From positions 32,001 through 96,000 of the forward strand of contig CAVWIG010000028.1 of assembly GCA_963754945.1 (NCBI GenBank): a DNA stretch of 64,000 nt. Reading direction: 5' to 3'. The notes under the pieces are model-generated. The model was not told where the DNA came from, did no database searches, and saw nothing but the letters and a program-made list of their open reading frames with translations. The DNA is from Methanotrichaceae archaeon. Its GTDB lineage: Archaea > Halobacteriota > Methanosarcinia > Methanotrichales > Methanotrichaceae. The first letter of the stretch is position 1; each line of letters opens with the position of its first letter. This document shows positions 1-9,749 of this stretch, one piece after another. Made by a program: the position numbers and the translations under genes.

Positions 1-923
1 GACCCGGCCAGGATGAAAGGAATGCCTTTCTTGATGCACTCATAGATGATCCCGCCTCTCAGCTTTCCCTCGTTTATGGCGCTCCTGATCGAACCGCTGG
101 CCATGATCTCATTTATGGCATAAAGGTGGTTTCGATGCCCTCCAGAGGTGGCGTTACCAGCACAGTTCATCCCCAGGCTGGTGCCAAAGAGCTGGCGCTC
201 TATATCGTGGACAGCAATGGCATTGCCAGCAAGTAGTACATCTATATAGCCGTCCCGGATAAGTTTGGCCAAGGATGGCGCAGCACCGGTGTGTACCACT
301 GCAGGCCCGCATACAGCTGCAATTTTTCCGCCAGCACGCTTGGTGGTGATGATCTCGTCGGCTAGCTGCTTGACGATCTCGCCGCTGGGCCGCTCGGACG
401 AGACCTCATTGGACATGAAGCTGAAGAAAGTTTTCTGTCTGGGTCGCTCAGGAGGAACAACTTTGACTCCCGAGGTGCCGACCACAACTCGATCTCCTTT
501 CTTGATGTGACGGAGAGGGGTACATATGGCCCGACCGTCCTCCAGCACTATGAGGCAATCCATACGGTTGTTCTGTACCTCTACCCAGGAGCCGTTATAA
601 CGCACGTAAGTTAGATGGTTGGTGGTCGAGTAAAATCCCTTGGGAACTACAATATCGCTCGGCGCTACCCCAATCTTTGCATTCTCTATCTCTACCAGCC
701 TTGCCCCTAGAGGGTGAAGCTCCAGGAGGATCTGGTCTAGGTGAGGTGCGTCCCTGCCCATAACCGTTATCTGGACATAGCTCGTATCATTTTTCTTCTC
801 GCCGATCTTGAAAGTCTTGATCTCGAACTCGCCGCCCATGTCCATTATTTTGTCAAGGGCCTTGGTCAATATCAGTGAATCTATCAGGTGCCCTTCCATC
901 TCTATATCGCAAGTCTCGCTCAT
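1..923 (-). CDS. TIGR00300-family protein (LOR/SDH-like; putative ornithine cyclodeaminase), 3' end runs off the window
   Basis: Not in ORF track. Manual translation from ATG at 923 gives MSETCDIEMEGHLIDSLILTKALDKIMDMGGEF..., later P.GFYSTTNH, FSFMSNEVSSERP, GPAVVHTG, GNAIAVHDIE, which are typical of this family. Confidence 0.8.
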   Translation of the reverse strand, partial: MSETCDIEMEGHLIDSLILTKALDKIMDMGGEFEIKTFKIGEKKNDTSYVQITVMGRDAPHLDQILLELHPLGARLVEIENAKIGVAPSDIVVPKGFYSTTNHLTYVRYNGSWVEVQNNRMDCLIVLEDGRAICTPLRHIKKGDRVVVGTSGVKVVPPERPRQKTFFSFMSNEVSSERPSGEIVKQLADEIITTKRAGGKIAAVCGPAVVHTGAAPSLAKLIRDGYIDVLLAGNAIAVHDIERQLFGTSLGMNCAGNATSGGHRNHLYAINEIMASGSIRSAINEGKLRGGIIYECIKKGIPFILAG

Positions 924-947
924 AAACCGCCGACCAACACCTTATTA

Positions 948-2072
948 TTACCACATCTCTCCCTCGATAAGAGCCTGCGTCTTATCGTTGGTGCTCATGA
1001 CCAGCTTGGTGATCCTGACCAAGTAGCCGCCATCGTCATCCGGCTCGGGCTGATCGAAGATGGCCTTCATGCCGCTCCTGCGCAGGTGATACTCGAAATC
1101 CCGGGCCGTCTGGATGTTCTTCACCCTGATCTGTACCTGCTGGACTATCTGCTCTCCGCTCATCTTCCTCTTAACGGTATCCACAAGGGGAAGAAGTATG
1201 CTCTCGCCGATCCGCAGAGCCCTGGCCCTGCGCTCCTCCTCAGACTCGTTCAATTCCGCAGACTGGAACCCCTCCCGGACAGCTCGGGAGACAAAGAAGT
1301 CCAGAGCGTAATCGTTGTAGTACCTGAAGGCCACCTCCAGGTCGCCGCAGTTGCTCTCAGAGCAGGTGTACTTCACAGGCATAGCCTTGTTCTCCGGATC
1401 CTTCATGACTACACCTTCATGGCCTTTCTTTCCCAATCGTTCCACAATCCCGACGATCTCATCGTAGGCCCTATCCGTTCGGAACTCGCCAAGCATTGGA
1501 GTCGCCCGCAAGCCGTGCTCCTCGGCGAACTCGTGAGTTTTGTGAACGCCTAAAGTTCCCCGCCAGTTCTTGCGCGATAGATCGAAGAGATAAAAATCAA
1601 TGGAGTCCGTAGGGTAAATATCCTTGGGCACATAAGGATTCTCCGGTCCCACCATCTCGCCACACAGGACCAGCTCAGGGTGATCATTAAAGACCTCTCC
1701 CTGTATAAGCCTCGATGCGACTTCTGTGGAGTAGGGACAGATGAACCCGCCCCTGGTCAGGGCCACTACATCGCCGTCTATGCTGGCAACTCGGACGTTG
1801 TAGCCGTTCATTTTCTCCTCGACAGCAACGCGGTCTGAAAAATATCTTTTTATGGCGGCCTTTAGCATCAGGGCCCTTTTGATCTTGGGGTATCCGTAGA
1901 CGATGTCGCCGTTGTCGAAGATGGCCGTGCCGGCCTCGATCCCGGAAGAGGCCTTTTCAAACCTCTGCAGCCGCGGCTCGGGCCAGCTCGACCTTCTTAT
2001 TATGTTCTCCTGCAGGCTTTCCAGCTTTTTGAGGTTTATTCCAAGCTTATCGGCTATTCTCTGTAGATTCAT
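948..2072 (-). CDS. ATP-dependent RNA ligase, Pab1020/Rnl3 family
   Basis: Nucleotidyltransferase motifs I EKMNGYN, III GEMVG, IIIa FYLFD, IV EGVVMK, V VKY; GYPKI.R and TRGGFICP family signatures; 374 aa. Confidence 0.9.
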   Translation of the reverse strand: MNLQRIADKLGINLKKLESLQENIIRRSSWPEPRLQRFEKASSGIEAGTAIFDNGDIVYGYPKIKRALMLKAAIKRYFSDRVAVEEKMNGYNVRVASIDGDVVALTRGGFICPYSTEVASRLIQGEVFNDHPELVLCGEMVGPENPYVPKDIYPTDSIDFYLFDLSRKNWRGTLGVHKTHEFAEEHGLRATPMLGEFRTDRAYDEIVGIVERLGKKGHEGVVMKDPENKAMPVKYTCSESNCGDLEVAFRYYNDYALDFFVSRAVREGFQSAELNESEEERRARALRIGESILLPLVDTVKRKMSGEQIVQQVQIRVKNIQTARDFEYHLRRSGMKAIFDQPEPDDDGGYLVRITKLVMSTNDKTQALIEGEMW

Positions 2073-2848
2073 CTGGTTCTTACAAGGTAGTCGATGAGAG
2101 ATCGCCTGGTGATCATCCCCACCAGCTCTTCCTTCTGGTTCAGGACAGGGAGGCCTCCCCGGTTCTCCGTAAGTAATATCTTCTTTACTTCATCCAATGG
2201 CATGTCGGCGTGAATGCTCTTCACATCCCGAGTCATCACGTCGGAGACGAGAAGGTTGCTTATTCGGGCATGCTGTTTGCTGGCTGTTGCGTTCAGATCT
2301 CGAAACGCCCTTAAAGACTTGGTTACATCACGCTCAGTGAGAATGCCCACGAGCCTGGCACAGTCTACCACAGGAAGCCTTCCAACGTCTCTGTCCAGCA
2401 TCATCCTTCGAGCATGGACTAGCCGATCGTTGGGGTTTACAAAAAGGGGAAACCTCATGGCATCGCTCGCCTTACCAGCGATGTTCACCGTGCCCAACAC
2501 CTCTCTGGGCCGTACCCAACCCAGGATCTTATCCCCGTCCATTGCCACTAGGACCGAAGTCTTCTGAAGAAGACCCATTGCATCCTCTACCTCCATCTCT
2601 GGAAGTACTTTTATGACCGCGTCCAGGGTAGCGGCTGCTACGTGCAGAGACGATGCCGGCATCCCCAGGCTCTTCCTAGTACCGAGGACCCGGGCAATCT
2701 GCCGCATTGTGATTATCCCGCCCAGCTTGCCGTTGTTGGTAACCAGCAATCTACGTAGACCATACTTCTCCATTTGGTCATGAGCGTGGCCCAACCTCTC
2801 CGACTTGTCAATGGTCACCGGCTCGGTCATTATGTCCTTTATCTGCAT
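2069..2848 (-). CDS. CBS-domain protein (two CBS pairs)
   Basis: Repeated IM..P.T, RLPVVD, LVGILTERD and GMITRR CBS motifs; ATGA overlap with the ligase. Confidence 0.9.
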   Translation of the reverse strand: MQIKDIMTEPVTIDKSERLGHAHDQMEKYGLRRLLVTNNGKLGGIITMRQIARVLGTRKSLGMPASSLHVAAATLDAVIKVLPEMEVEDAMGLLQKTSVLVAMDGDKILGWVRPREVLGTVNIAGKASDAMRFPLFVNPNDRLVHARRMMLDRDVGRLPVVDCARLVGILTERDVTKSLRAFRDLNATASKQHARISNLLVSDVMTRDVKSIHADMPLDEVKKILLTENRGGLPVLNQKEELVGMITRRSLIDYLVRTR

Positions 2849-2851
2849 AGT

Positions 2852-3709
2852 TCACCATCTCCCTATCTCGGCGACTATCTCGTCTGAGGAGAAGAAGCCC
2901 ACTATGTTGTCGTTCTCCAGCACCGGCATTCCGCATATGTGCTTGTCCGCCAGGATCTTAGCCACATCCACCGCTTTCATCTCGGCACTTGTGCTCATGA
3001 TCGGCGAGTTCATTATGTCCTCGGCCACTAGAGGCATCTCCTTTACGTACCGGTACTGCTTCCTACCCGCGCTGCTGTCCTTCCTGGTCATCTTGATGTC
3101 CTTCGTCTCCATCTCGTCATTGGGACCCATCATGTTGGAAAAGGTCAGGCCGGAGCGAGTGATGATTCCCACAGGTGCCTGATTGTCCTCGTAAACGAGC
3201 GCCCTTCCGACTCCCTGGAGATTCATCTGCTCCAGAACGTGGGATATTGTATGGTGCCTGTGAACGCTGACCAGGTTCGTGGACATTATATCTCCCACCC
3301 TGGCCTTTACGTCCTGTTCCGAGAAGTACCTCAACATGTCCCTGGAGCTGATCATCCCTGTAATCTCCCCATCCTTCTCGACAGGCAGGCCACTGACCTC
3401 GTTCTCCATCATCAAGACTGCTGCCTGGGTCATGGTGGCATCAGGGTAGATTGTTACCGGACTCTCAGTCATGACCAGGTGGATGGGGACCAGGTCAATG
3501 GGTCGCCTGCGCCACTCGGGTGCAGCCTGACACAGCCGGTTGGTTATATCGTACTTGGTCACAATGCCTACCAGCTTTCCATTGTCCATAACCGGCAGCC
3601 TGCCTACATCATACTTGAACATCAGGTTTCTGGCCCTCTGGATGGGCTCGTTTCTCTCAATGACGTAGACGGGTGACCTCATGTAGTCCTTTACGTTCTT
3701 TATCATCAT
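2852..3709 (-). CDS. CBS-domain protein (two CBS pairs)
   Basis: RLPVMD.GKLVGIVTKYD, GLPVEKD, GMPVLE motifs. Start reassigned to ATG 3709, which overlaps the upstream stop (ATGA). Confidence 0.88.
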   Translation of the reverse strand: MMIKNVKDYMRSPVYVIERNEPIQRARNLMFKYDVGRLPVMDNGKLVGIVTKYDITNRLCQAAPEWRRRPIDLVPIHLVMTESPVTIYPDATMTQAAVLMMENEVSGLPVEKDGEITGMISSRDMLRYFSEQDVKARVGDIMSTNLVSVHRHHTISHVLEQMNLQGVGRALVYEDNQAPVGIITRSGLTFSNMMGPNDEMETKDIKMTRKDSSAGRKQYRYVKEMPLVAEDIMNSPIMSTSAEMKAVDVAKILADKHICGMPVLENDNIVGFFSSDEIVAEIGRW

Positions 3710-4680
3710 GGCAAGATCCCCTTGTTCTCTGCCAGGGCCCTGACAAAGTCCCTTTCGGTCAGAATTCCCACCAGCGATCCCTTGTCCATTACCGGCAGGC
3801 ACCCTATTCTGTTGTCGACCATCTTCCTGGCAGCCGCTCCCAGGTCGACCTTTCTCTCAGTGCTGACCAGGTCTTTCTTGATCAGCGCCTTTATGGGCTG
3901 GGCCATAACCTCGCTGATATCTCCTGTGACCACCTTTTCGAAGGCCTCTCCGCTGCCCATGTACTTCATTATGTCTGAAGCGGTCACCAATCCTATCAGG
4001 ACTCCATCCTGGACAACCGGCATCCTTCGAAAGCCCTTCTGAATGATCATTCGGGTCATCTTCTCGATGGCTGTCGTGGCCGGAGCTATGACAACGTTCT
4101 CACTCATGTAGGCCTCAACAGAAATACCAGTCTCCTGGCTTGCTGCCATTCTCGTGAAGTCCTCTTCAGTGACTATGGCCTTAATCCTGGCATCTTCGTC
4201 GACGATGGGCAATCCGCCTACGTTCTTCTCGTACATCAGTTTTAGAGCATCATTGATAGATGATTTGTCGCTGATATAGGTCAATTTAGTGCTCATTATG
4301 TCGCTGATGTCGGCATTTATGGCCGTGAATATGTTTCCCTTGTGCTTCTCCGTCAGGAGGTTGTGTCGGAGACCCCCGCCCAGGAAGTCCACTATGTCTA
4401 CGCTCGTGACAAACCCTGTCAGACGGTTAGTCCCTGCGTCGGTTATGGGCAGCCTGGAGAACCCGTAGTGGGTCATGGTCTTTATGGCGCCCATGATGGT
4501 CGTAGTAGGCGGAACCGTTACGACTTCCGAGGTGGCAATGCTGAGCACCTCACCCGTGCGCTTTGTCTGTCTGGAATCAAACTGCGGTCCCCTTTCTCCG
4601 TAACCGGAGGATATGGGCATTCTGTTCTCTTTCTGTGGAATTCTGGTTACATCCTTCCCTGTTCCTGGCCCTCTTTTCAT
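3706..4680 (-). CDS. CBS-domain protein (two CBS pairs, N-terminal extension)
   Basis: SRLPITD, GGLPIVD, RRMPVVQ, GCLPVMD..LVGILTERD. Confidence 0.9.
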   Translation of the reverse strand: MKRGPGTGKDVTRIPQKENRMPISSGYGERGPQFDSRQTKRTGEVLSIATSEVVTVPPTTTIMGAIKTMTHYGFSRLPITDAGTNRLTGFVTSVDIVDFLGGGLRHNLLTEKHKGNIFTAINADISDIMSTKLTYISDKSSINDALKLMYEKNVGGLPIVDEDARIKAIVTEEDFTRMAASQETGISVEAYMSENVVIAPATTAIEKMTRMIIQKGFRRMPVVQDGVLIGLVTASDIMKYMGSGEAFEKVVTGDISEVMAQPIKALIKKDLVSTERKVDLGAAARKMVDNRIGCLPVMDKGSLVGILTERDFVRALAENKGILP

Positions 4681-5465
4681 TTTCTCTCACCAAGGTAACT
4701 TCTGATCAGATCGTATCTATCGACTATACCCACGAGCTTTCCATGGTCTACGATCGATATCCTGCCGATGTCCTGCTTTAGCATCATCTCTATGGCACTG
4801 TGCAAGCTATCCTCCGGCGTTAAGCTGAATATTGGGGTGCTCATCAGCTTGTCCACGTGGAGATGGGGAGCCTCTCTGATCTTGGCTCCATCTTCCTTGC
4901 CGATCCTTGCCCATCCTCGTTTAAGTATATCGAACCTGGTTATCATACCAATTGGCTCGCCTTTGTCGTTCACAACAGGTAGACCGGTGAAGTCCGATTC
5001 CAGCATCTTGTCCCAGGCCTTGGTCATGGGCTCATCTGGAGTAGCGGTAACCACCTTAGTGCTCATTATCTCCGAGATGGCTCTGTCCGGCACCTTAACT
5101 GGATTGATATTTCCAAAAATATCTATGATGCTTATAACTCCCATCAGGACTGGGTTCTCCTGGGATTGGACCACCGGAAGTATAATGCTATTCTGGGGCA
5201 GCATGAGCTTGGCGGCGTCCATCACGTTCGTGTCTCCAGTTACCAAGGGCACGCTAACAGTGAACCCTGATACAGTGACATTAGACCTGGTCGATGTTAC
5301 CCTCAGCATATCCTGGGTGGTAACAATGCCTATGACACGCTTCTGGCCGTCTACCACAGGCAAGCCTCGAACATGGTTATCCCTAATCAGCTGACGTGCA
5401 TTGGTCAGAAAAGTTGAATCCTCTACGTAAAGAGGATCTCTGGACATAATATCTTCTACTAGCAT
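4677..5465 (-). CDS. CBS-domain protein (two CBS pairs)
   Basis: GLPVVD, GLPVVN..GMITRFD, LVGIVDRYD. Start reassigned to MLVEDIMS at 5465. Confidence 0.88.
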   Translation of the reverse strand: MLVEDIMSRDPLYVEDSTFLTNARQLIRDNHVRGLPVVDGQKRVIGIVTTQDMLRVTSTRSNVTVSGFTVSVPLVTGDTNVMDAAKLMLPQNSIILPVVQSQENPVLMGVISIIDIFGNINPVKVPDRAISEIMSTKVVTATPDEPMTKAWDKMLESDFTGLPVVNDKGEPIGMITRFDILKRGWARIGKEDGAKIREAPHLHVDKLMSTPIFSLTPEDSLHSAIEMMLKQDIGRISIVDHGKLVGIVDRYDLIRSYLGERK

Positions 5466-5497
5466 AATCAACTCCACCTGTCCAGCAACCACTATAA

Positions 5498-6052
5498 CTA
5501 TTTGTTGCCGTCCCTGCAGCTCCAGCAGAGCAGCTCTCCGTTCACGCTCTCCAGGGTGTCTGAGAGTTGGCCGCATACTTCGCAAATTCCGCGTACAACT
5601 CCCCTGGCCTCCTGGAAGTGGATGCTCTCTCTGTGCATCTCTAAAAGATCGCTTAGGACATCGCTAAGGCCGAGAGCGGACCCGGATACAAGGTCGGTGT
5701 CCGTTATTATCCCTTCGAGCCTTTCATTTGAGGTCACGGGGAGCCTCTTTACACAGGATTTGAGCATCAAAGAGGCAGCATCGCGCAGGCTGGCCTCTGG
5801 AGAAATCGTTACCAATGGCGAACTCATGACATCTCCTACCTTAACCGCCTGGGGATCTGCAGCCTTGGCCACTATCTTCTTGACCAGATCCCTTTCTGTG
5901 AGTATGCCTATGGGCTTTTCTCCAGAGACTACTATCAGGCAGCCCACGTTCGCTGAGGCCATTCGTTTGGCGGCTGTCAAGACGTCGATATCGGCATCGG
6001 CTGTGATTACTGGACGGGTCATTACATCCCGAACTGGAATGGCGGTCTCCAT
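5498..6052 (-). CDS. CBS-pair protein with C-terminal zinc ribbon
   Basis: One CBS pair (GILTERD, KRLPV, GIITDTD) plus CEVC...CWSC. Confidence 0.88.
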   Translation of the reverse strand: METAIPVRDVMTRPVITADADIDVLTAAKRMASANVGCLIVVSGEKPIGILTERDLVKKIVAKAADPQAVKVGDVMSSPLVTISPEASLRDAASLMLKSCVKRLPVTSNERLEGIITDTDLVSGSALGLSDVLSDLLEMHRESIHFQEARGVVRGICEVCGQLSDTLESVNGELLCWSCRDGNK

Positions 6053-6096
6053 GGCTATCCTCTCCGTGACAATACACTAATTAACAGCGAGCTAAT

Positions 6097-6105
6097 GATA
6101 TAAAG
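6097..6105 (-). promoter_or_regulatory. Probable TATA box for the CBS/RNA ligase operon
   Basis: CTTTATATC on the minus strand, about 45 nt upstream of ATG 6052, in an AT-rich intergenic region. Confidence 0.45.
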
Positions 6106-6151
6106 ATACTGTGGCTCGATATATATTAATACGTTTATTATTATTTTAATT

Positions 6152-6628
6152 TTACTCGGAGATGTGCTTGAGTATATGCTCGATCTCGGCCAGGATCAGC
6201 TCAATACCCAGCCGTGCAGCGTTTGGAGATCCGGGAAGGCAGAATATTGGTCTTCCGCGATGGACGCCTGCTGAGGCTCTGGTGAGTATGGCCCTGGTGC
6301 CGACCTCATCAAGGCTTTTTAGCCGGAAGATCTCTCCAAAACCAGGAATCTCCTTTTCGAACAGCGGCTCCACCGCCTCCAATGTAAGGTCCAGGTGGGT
6401 GAGGCCCGTTCCTCCGCAGATCACAATGGCATCAGCGCTGCTGCTCTGGACTGCGTTACGGATGGGCTCGATGCCATCCGGCAGGAGGCTATAGGACGTG
6501 TCGTATCCGGCTGCCTTGATCTTGTCCAGGATGACCTGGCCGGAGAGGTCTATGGCATCCTCGGGTCTGGCCACGGGCCCGTACTTCTGGAATCTAGAGG
6601 TGCTAGCGATTATTACGTCGATTATCAT
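6152..6628 (-). CDS. moaB: Molybdenum cofactor biosynthesis protein MoaB/MogA
   Basis: GGTG...D.T.EA, IPGFGEIFR, TRASAG, LPGSPNA motifs. Confidence 0.88.
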   Translation of the reverse strand: MIIDVIIASTSRFQKYGPVARPEDAIDLSGQVILDKIKAAGYDTSYSLLPDGIEPIRNAVQSSSADAIVICGGTGLTHLDLTLEAVEPLFEKEIPGFGEIFRLKSLDEVGTRAILTRASAGVHRGRPIFCLPGSPNAARLGIELILAEIEHILKHISE

Positions 6629-6914
6629 GCTATTATGCCGATACTAGTCTCTATTTACGAAGATTTTAGGAATAACTCAATAACTCAGATAGATGAGAGA
6701 TATTTAGGGTTTTTCATTCGATGTAGGCGCTCCACTTGCAACGATGAATCTCAGAAGATCCTGGCTCATAGGGCATCAAATTAATTTCTAAACTTTATGA
6801 AAATAAGTTGCCGAAATACCACATATACTTATACGTTGAATGTCGAATGCAAATCTAGGCAAAAGTCGTGCGTCCTTCTTATTGCTTCATCGTTGACTTT
6901 TGCCTCCCTCCTTA

Positions 6915-7190
6915 TCATTCCTTCAGCGATATCAATTCGCCATTTTTGCCAACGGTCCTCTCAATCCTGCCTTCCTTCTCCAACTCACCCAATATGCGCT
7001 CCATATTTTCTAGTTTGATTTCCATCAACCGGCGAAGCTCAGTACGAGTTATAGAGCAGCCTTTCTGGGCCGAGATCCAGAGAATTCGATCGCGGTGGTT
7101 ATATGGTGGTTTCTTCTTTGGCTTCAGCAAGATCCACAGGAATTTATCATGTGGGCTTTTGACAAGGCGATTCATTTCAAGAACTGCCAC
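6915..7190 (-). CDS. Small hypothetical protein, winged-helix-like; possibly the 3' part of a decayed gene
   Basis: RDRILWI...ITRTELRRLM...ILGELEKEGRI pattern resembles a wHTH; lies next to the IS630 left end. Confidence 0.45.
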   Translation of the reverse strand: MAVLEMNRLVKSPHDKFLWILLKPKKKPPYNHRDRILWISAQKGCSITRTELRRLMEIKLENMERILGELEKEGRIERTVGKNGELISLKE

Positions 7191-8376
7191 CCGCGCTTAG
7201 CCCTTGACGTTTATAAGCTCTCTCCTTGATCGATAAGCAAAGCTGCTATCAATGAACATCAGCTCTAAAATGTGGCGCTAGTGCACCATAACGCAAGTTT
7301 TAAATCTTATAAAAGGTCTAGAATATAGATCGTGGCAAGAAAAACAATATTCTGTGTGAAACTGGAAGAGAAAGAACGAGAAGAGTTGAACCAGTACATC
7401 CGTCGTGGGAAGTCGTCTGCAAGGAGTTTAACTCGCGCAAGAATACTGCTCCTGGCCGATGGAGGGCAATCCGATGCGGAGATCATTGATGCATTGAAGG
7501 CGAGCAGAACGACAATAGTGAGGATAAGAAAGAGATATTTCGAGGGTGGCCTGGAATCTGCATTGAATGAAAGATCTCGCAGTGGAGCGCCTCCGAAGAT
7601 AGATGCACGAGTTGAGGCTAAACTGACCGGCATTGCTTGCTCAGATCCGCCTGAAGGCAGATCGAGATGGACGCTGAATCTATTGGCCGACAAGCTTGTT
7701 GAGCTGGGGGAAGTGGACTCGATCTCAGGAATGAGCGTTTGCAGAGCGTTAAAAAAAATGAAATAAAGCCATGGCTCAAACAGCGATGGTGCATAGGGAG
7801 CATGACGAGCGAATATATCTGGAACATGGAAAATGTATTAACTCTGTACGAGCAACCATATGATCCGAGGCATCCTGTGGTTTGTTTCGACGAGAGGCCA
7901 TGCCAACTGATAGGCGATGTCTTAGTGCCTATACCCATGAAACCAGGCAGTCCGAAGAAGGTGCATTATGAATACGTCCGTAACGGGACATGTTGCATCC
8001 TTATTGCCTTTGACCTTCATGCAGGAAAAAGAATGATTCGTGTCATGGAGCACAGAACAAGGGTGGACTATGCCCATTTCATGAAAGAACTTACCCAGCA
8101 ATATCCGAATGTAGAATCCATTCGACTGGTCCAGGATAATCTCAATACGCATACTTCAGGCTCATTTTATAATGCTTTTGCGCCTGAAGAGGCGTTTGAG
8201 CTGGCTAAGGAGTTCGAATATTATTATACGCCAAAGAAAGGTAGCTGGCTCAACATGGCTGAGATAGAACTCTCAGCCCTATCGAAGCAATGCCTCGATC
8301 GTCGGATTGGAGACATCGATACTTTAACCAAAGAGGCTTCGGTGTGGCACAAGAACGTAACGCAAAAAAAACTACT

Positions 8377-9661
8377 GAGAGTTTCGAAAAACTAATCAAT
8401 CGAAATACTTATATACTATTAATACTATAATATAATGCATGAGGACTCTCATTGATTTTGCCATTCGAGCAGAATATGCTCGAGTAAAAGCCCTCGGAGA
8501 TGATCTATCCGAGATCGGATCGTTGATCAATTGGGAGCGTTTCAGATTTTTGGAACCATTGATATACAAAAATAAAACTAGCCGCGGAGGTCGTCCGAAC
8601 ATTGACATCGTGATTATGGTGAAAGCTCTCGTAATTCAGCATTGGTTTGGTCTAACAGATCCAGAACTGGAGCGACAGGTTGCGGATAGGATCTCTTTTC
8701 GTATTTTCCTTGGCACCACTGAAGTAATTCCTGATTTCAGCACAGTTTGGCTATTCCGTGAACGTTTGATTAAGTGCGACGTATACGATGATCTTTGGAA
8801 TGAGCTTCAAAGGCAGCTCGATGAGATGGGGTTTACTGTAAAGAATGGCACTATCCAGGATGCAACCTTCATAACTTCGGACCCAGGTCGGAAGAGGAAC
8901 AAGAAAGACGAGCAAGGCGGGGACAAAAAGGAAGGTCAAGATTCCGAAGCCACCAGTACGAGCCTGAATCAGGAGTTTGATAAAGAGCTAATTGGTATTT
9001 CAAATAATATTATTGATGACAAGGCCAAACCACAGAGACTCGAAGAAGAGCCAATAAATGAGGGAAGTTGGGCAAAAAAGGGTGTCAAATCCTTTTTCGG
9101 ATATAAAGGTCATATCTCAATCGATACCAATTACCACCTTATCAGATATTTTGAGACTACAACTGCTTCTGTACACGATAGTCAGGTAGATCTTGGAATT
9201 GAAGGGCTACCACGTTACGCCGATAAGGGATATGATGGTGCAAAAACTCGAGGATATGATGCAGCCATGAAAAAAGCTACAAGAGGTCACAAGCTTGGAA
9301 TCATAGATCTTCTGAGGAATAAGAGAATCAGTAAAACGCGATCGCACATCGAAAGATGCTTCGCTGTTATGAAGCGGGGGCATAAGGGAGCACATGTTTA
9401 TGTAACAACTGTCGCAAGAGCTGGAGTAAAATTCATGATGAATTCGGTCGTTTACAACCTGGAACAGTTGAAATATTTAGTGCATAAACAAACAGCCTAG
9501 CGGAAGCTCTCTAAAAAAGCGCAAAAATTAGAAACAACAAGGTAAATTGAAATCTAATAAGCCAATTTAGGGGTGAAATATGCTAAAAAACCACTATAAA
9601 GATTGAAAATATTAACGCAAGAATTTAAGGCTTCATTAACCAACACTAAATCGAAACCCTC
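8377..9661 (+). mobile_element. IS5-family element, copy 1 (1285 bp)
   Basis: TIR GAGAGTTTCGA / TCGAAACCCTC; 4-bp TSD TACT at 8373-8376 and 9662-9665. Confidence 0.95.
8439..9500 (+). CDS. IS5-family DDE transposase
   Basis: GGRP, L.D..LE, PD.ST...FR, QDATFI, FGYKGH, ADKGY, R..IER.F. Confidence 0.95.
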   Translation: MRTLIDFAIRAEYARVKALGDDLSEIGSLINWERFRFLEPLIYKNKTSRGGRPNIDIVIMVKALVIQHWFGLTDPELERQVADRISFRIFLGTTEVIPDFSTVWLFRERLIKCDVYDDLWNELQRQLDEMGFTVKNGTIQDATFITSDPGRKRNKKDEQGGDKKEGQDSEATSTSLNQEFDKELIGISNNIIDDKAKPQRLEEEPINEGSWAKKGVKSFFGYKGHISIDTNYHLIRYFETTTASVHDSQVDLGIEGLPRYADKGYDGAKTRGYDAAMKKATRGHKLGIIDLLRNKRISKTRSHIERCFAVMKRGHKGAHVYVTTVARAGVKFMMNSVVYNLEQLKYLVHKQTA

Positions 9662-9749
9662 TACTGTAAGATGGAAATTCACGAAGAATGATGCAAGATT
9701 AAAGCTAAACAGGCATTATATTAATTTGCAAAATTAATGTTATGATGCA

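Larger units (their letters stand above)
7332..9737 (+). pseudogene. IS630 transposase (OrfA 7332-7766, OrfB from 7739, C-terminus 9662-9737)
   Basis: OrfA has HTH/RSGAPPK/RWTL. OrfB has CFDE, DNLNTH, SWLNMAE. A8 run at 7751-7758 joins them by a -1 shift. Tail VRWKFTKNDARLKL resumes after the IS5; an extra 1-nt loss lies near 8346. Confidence 0.85.
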
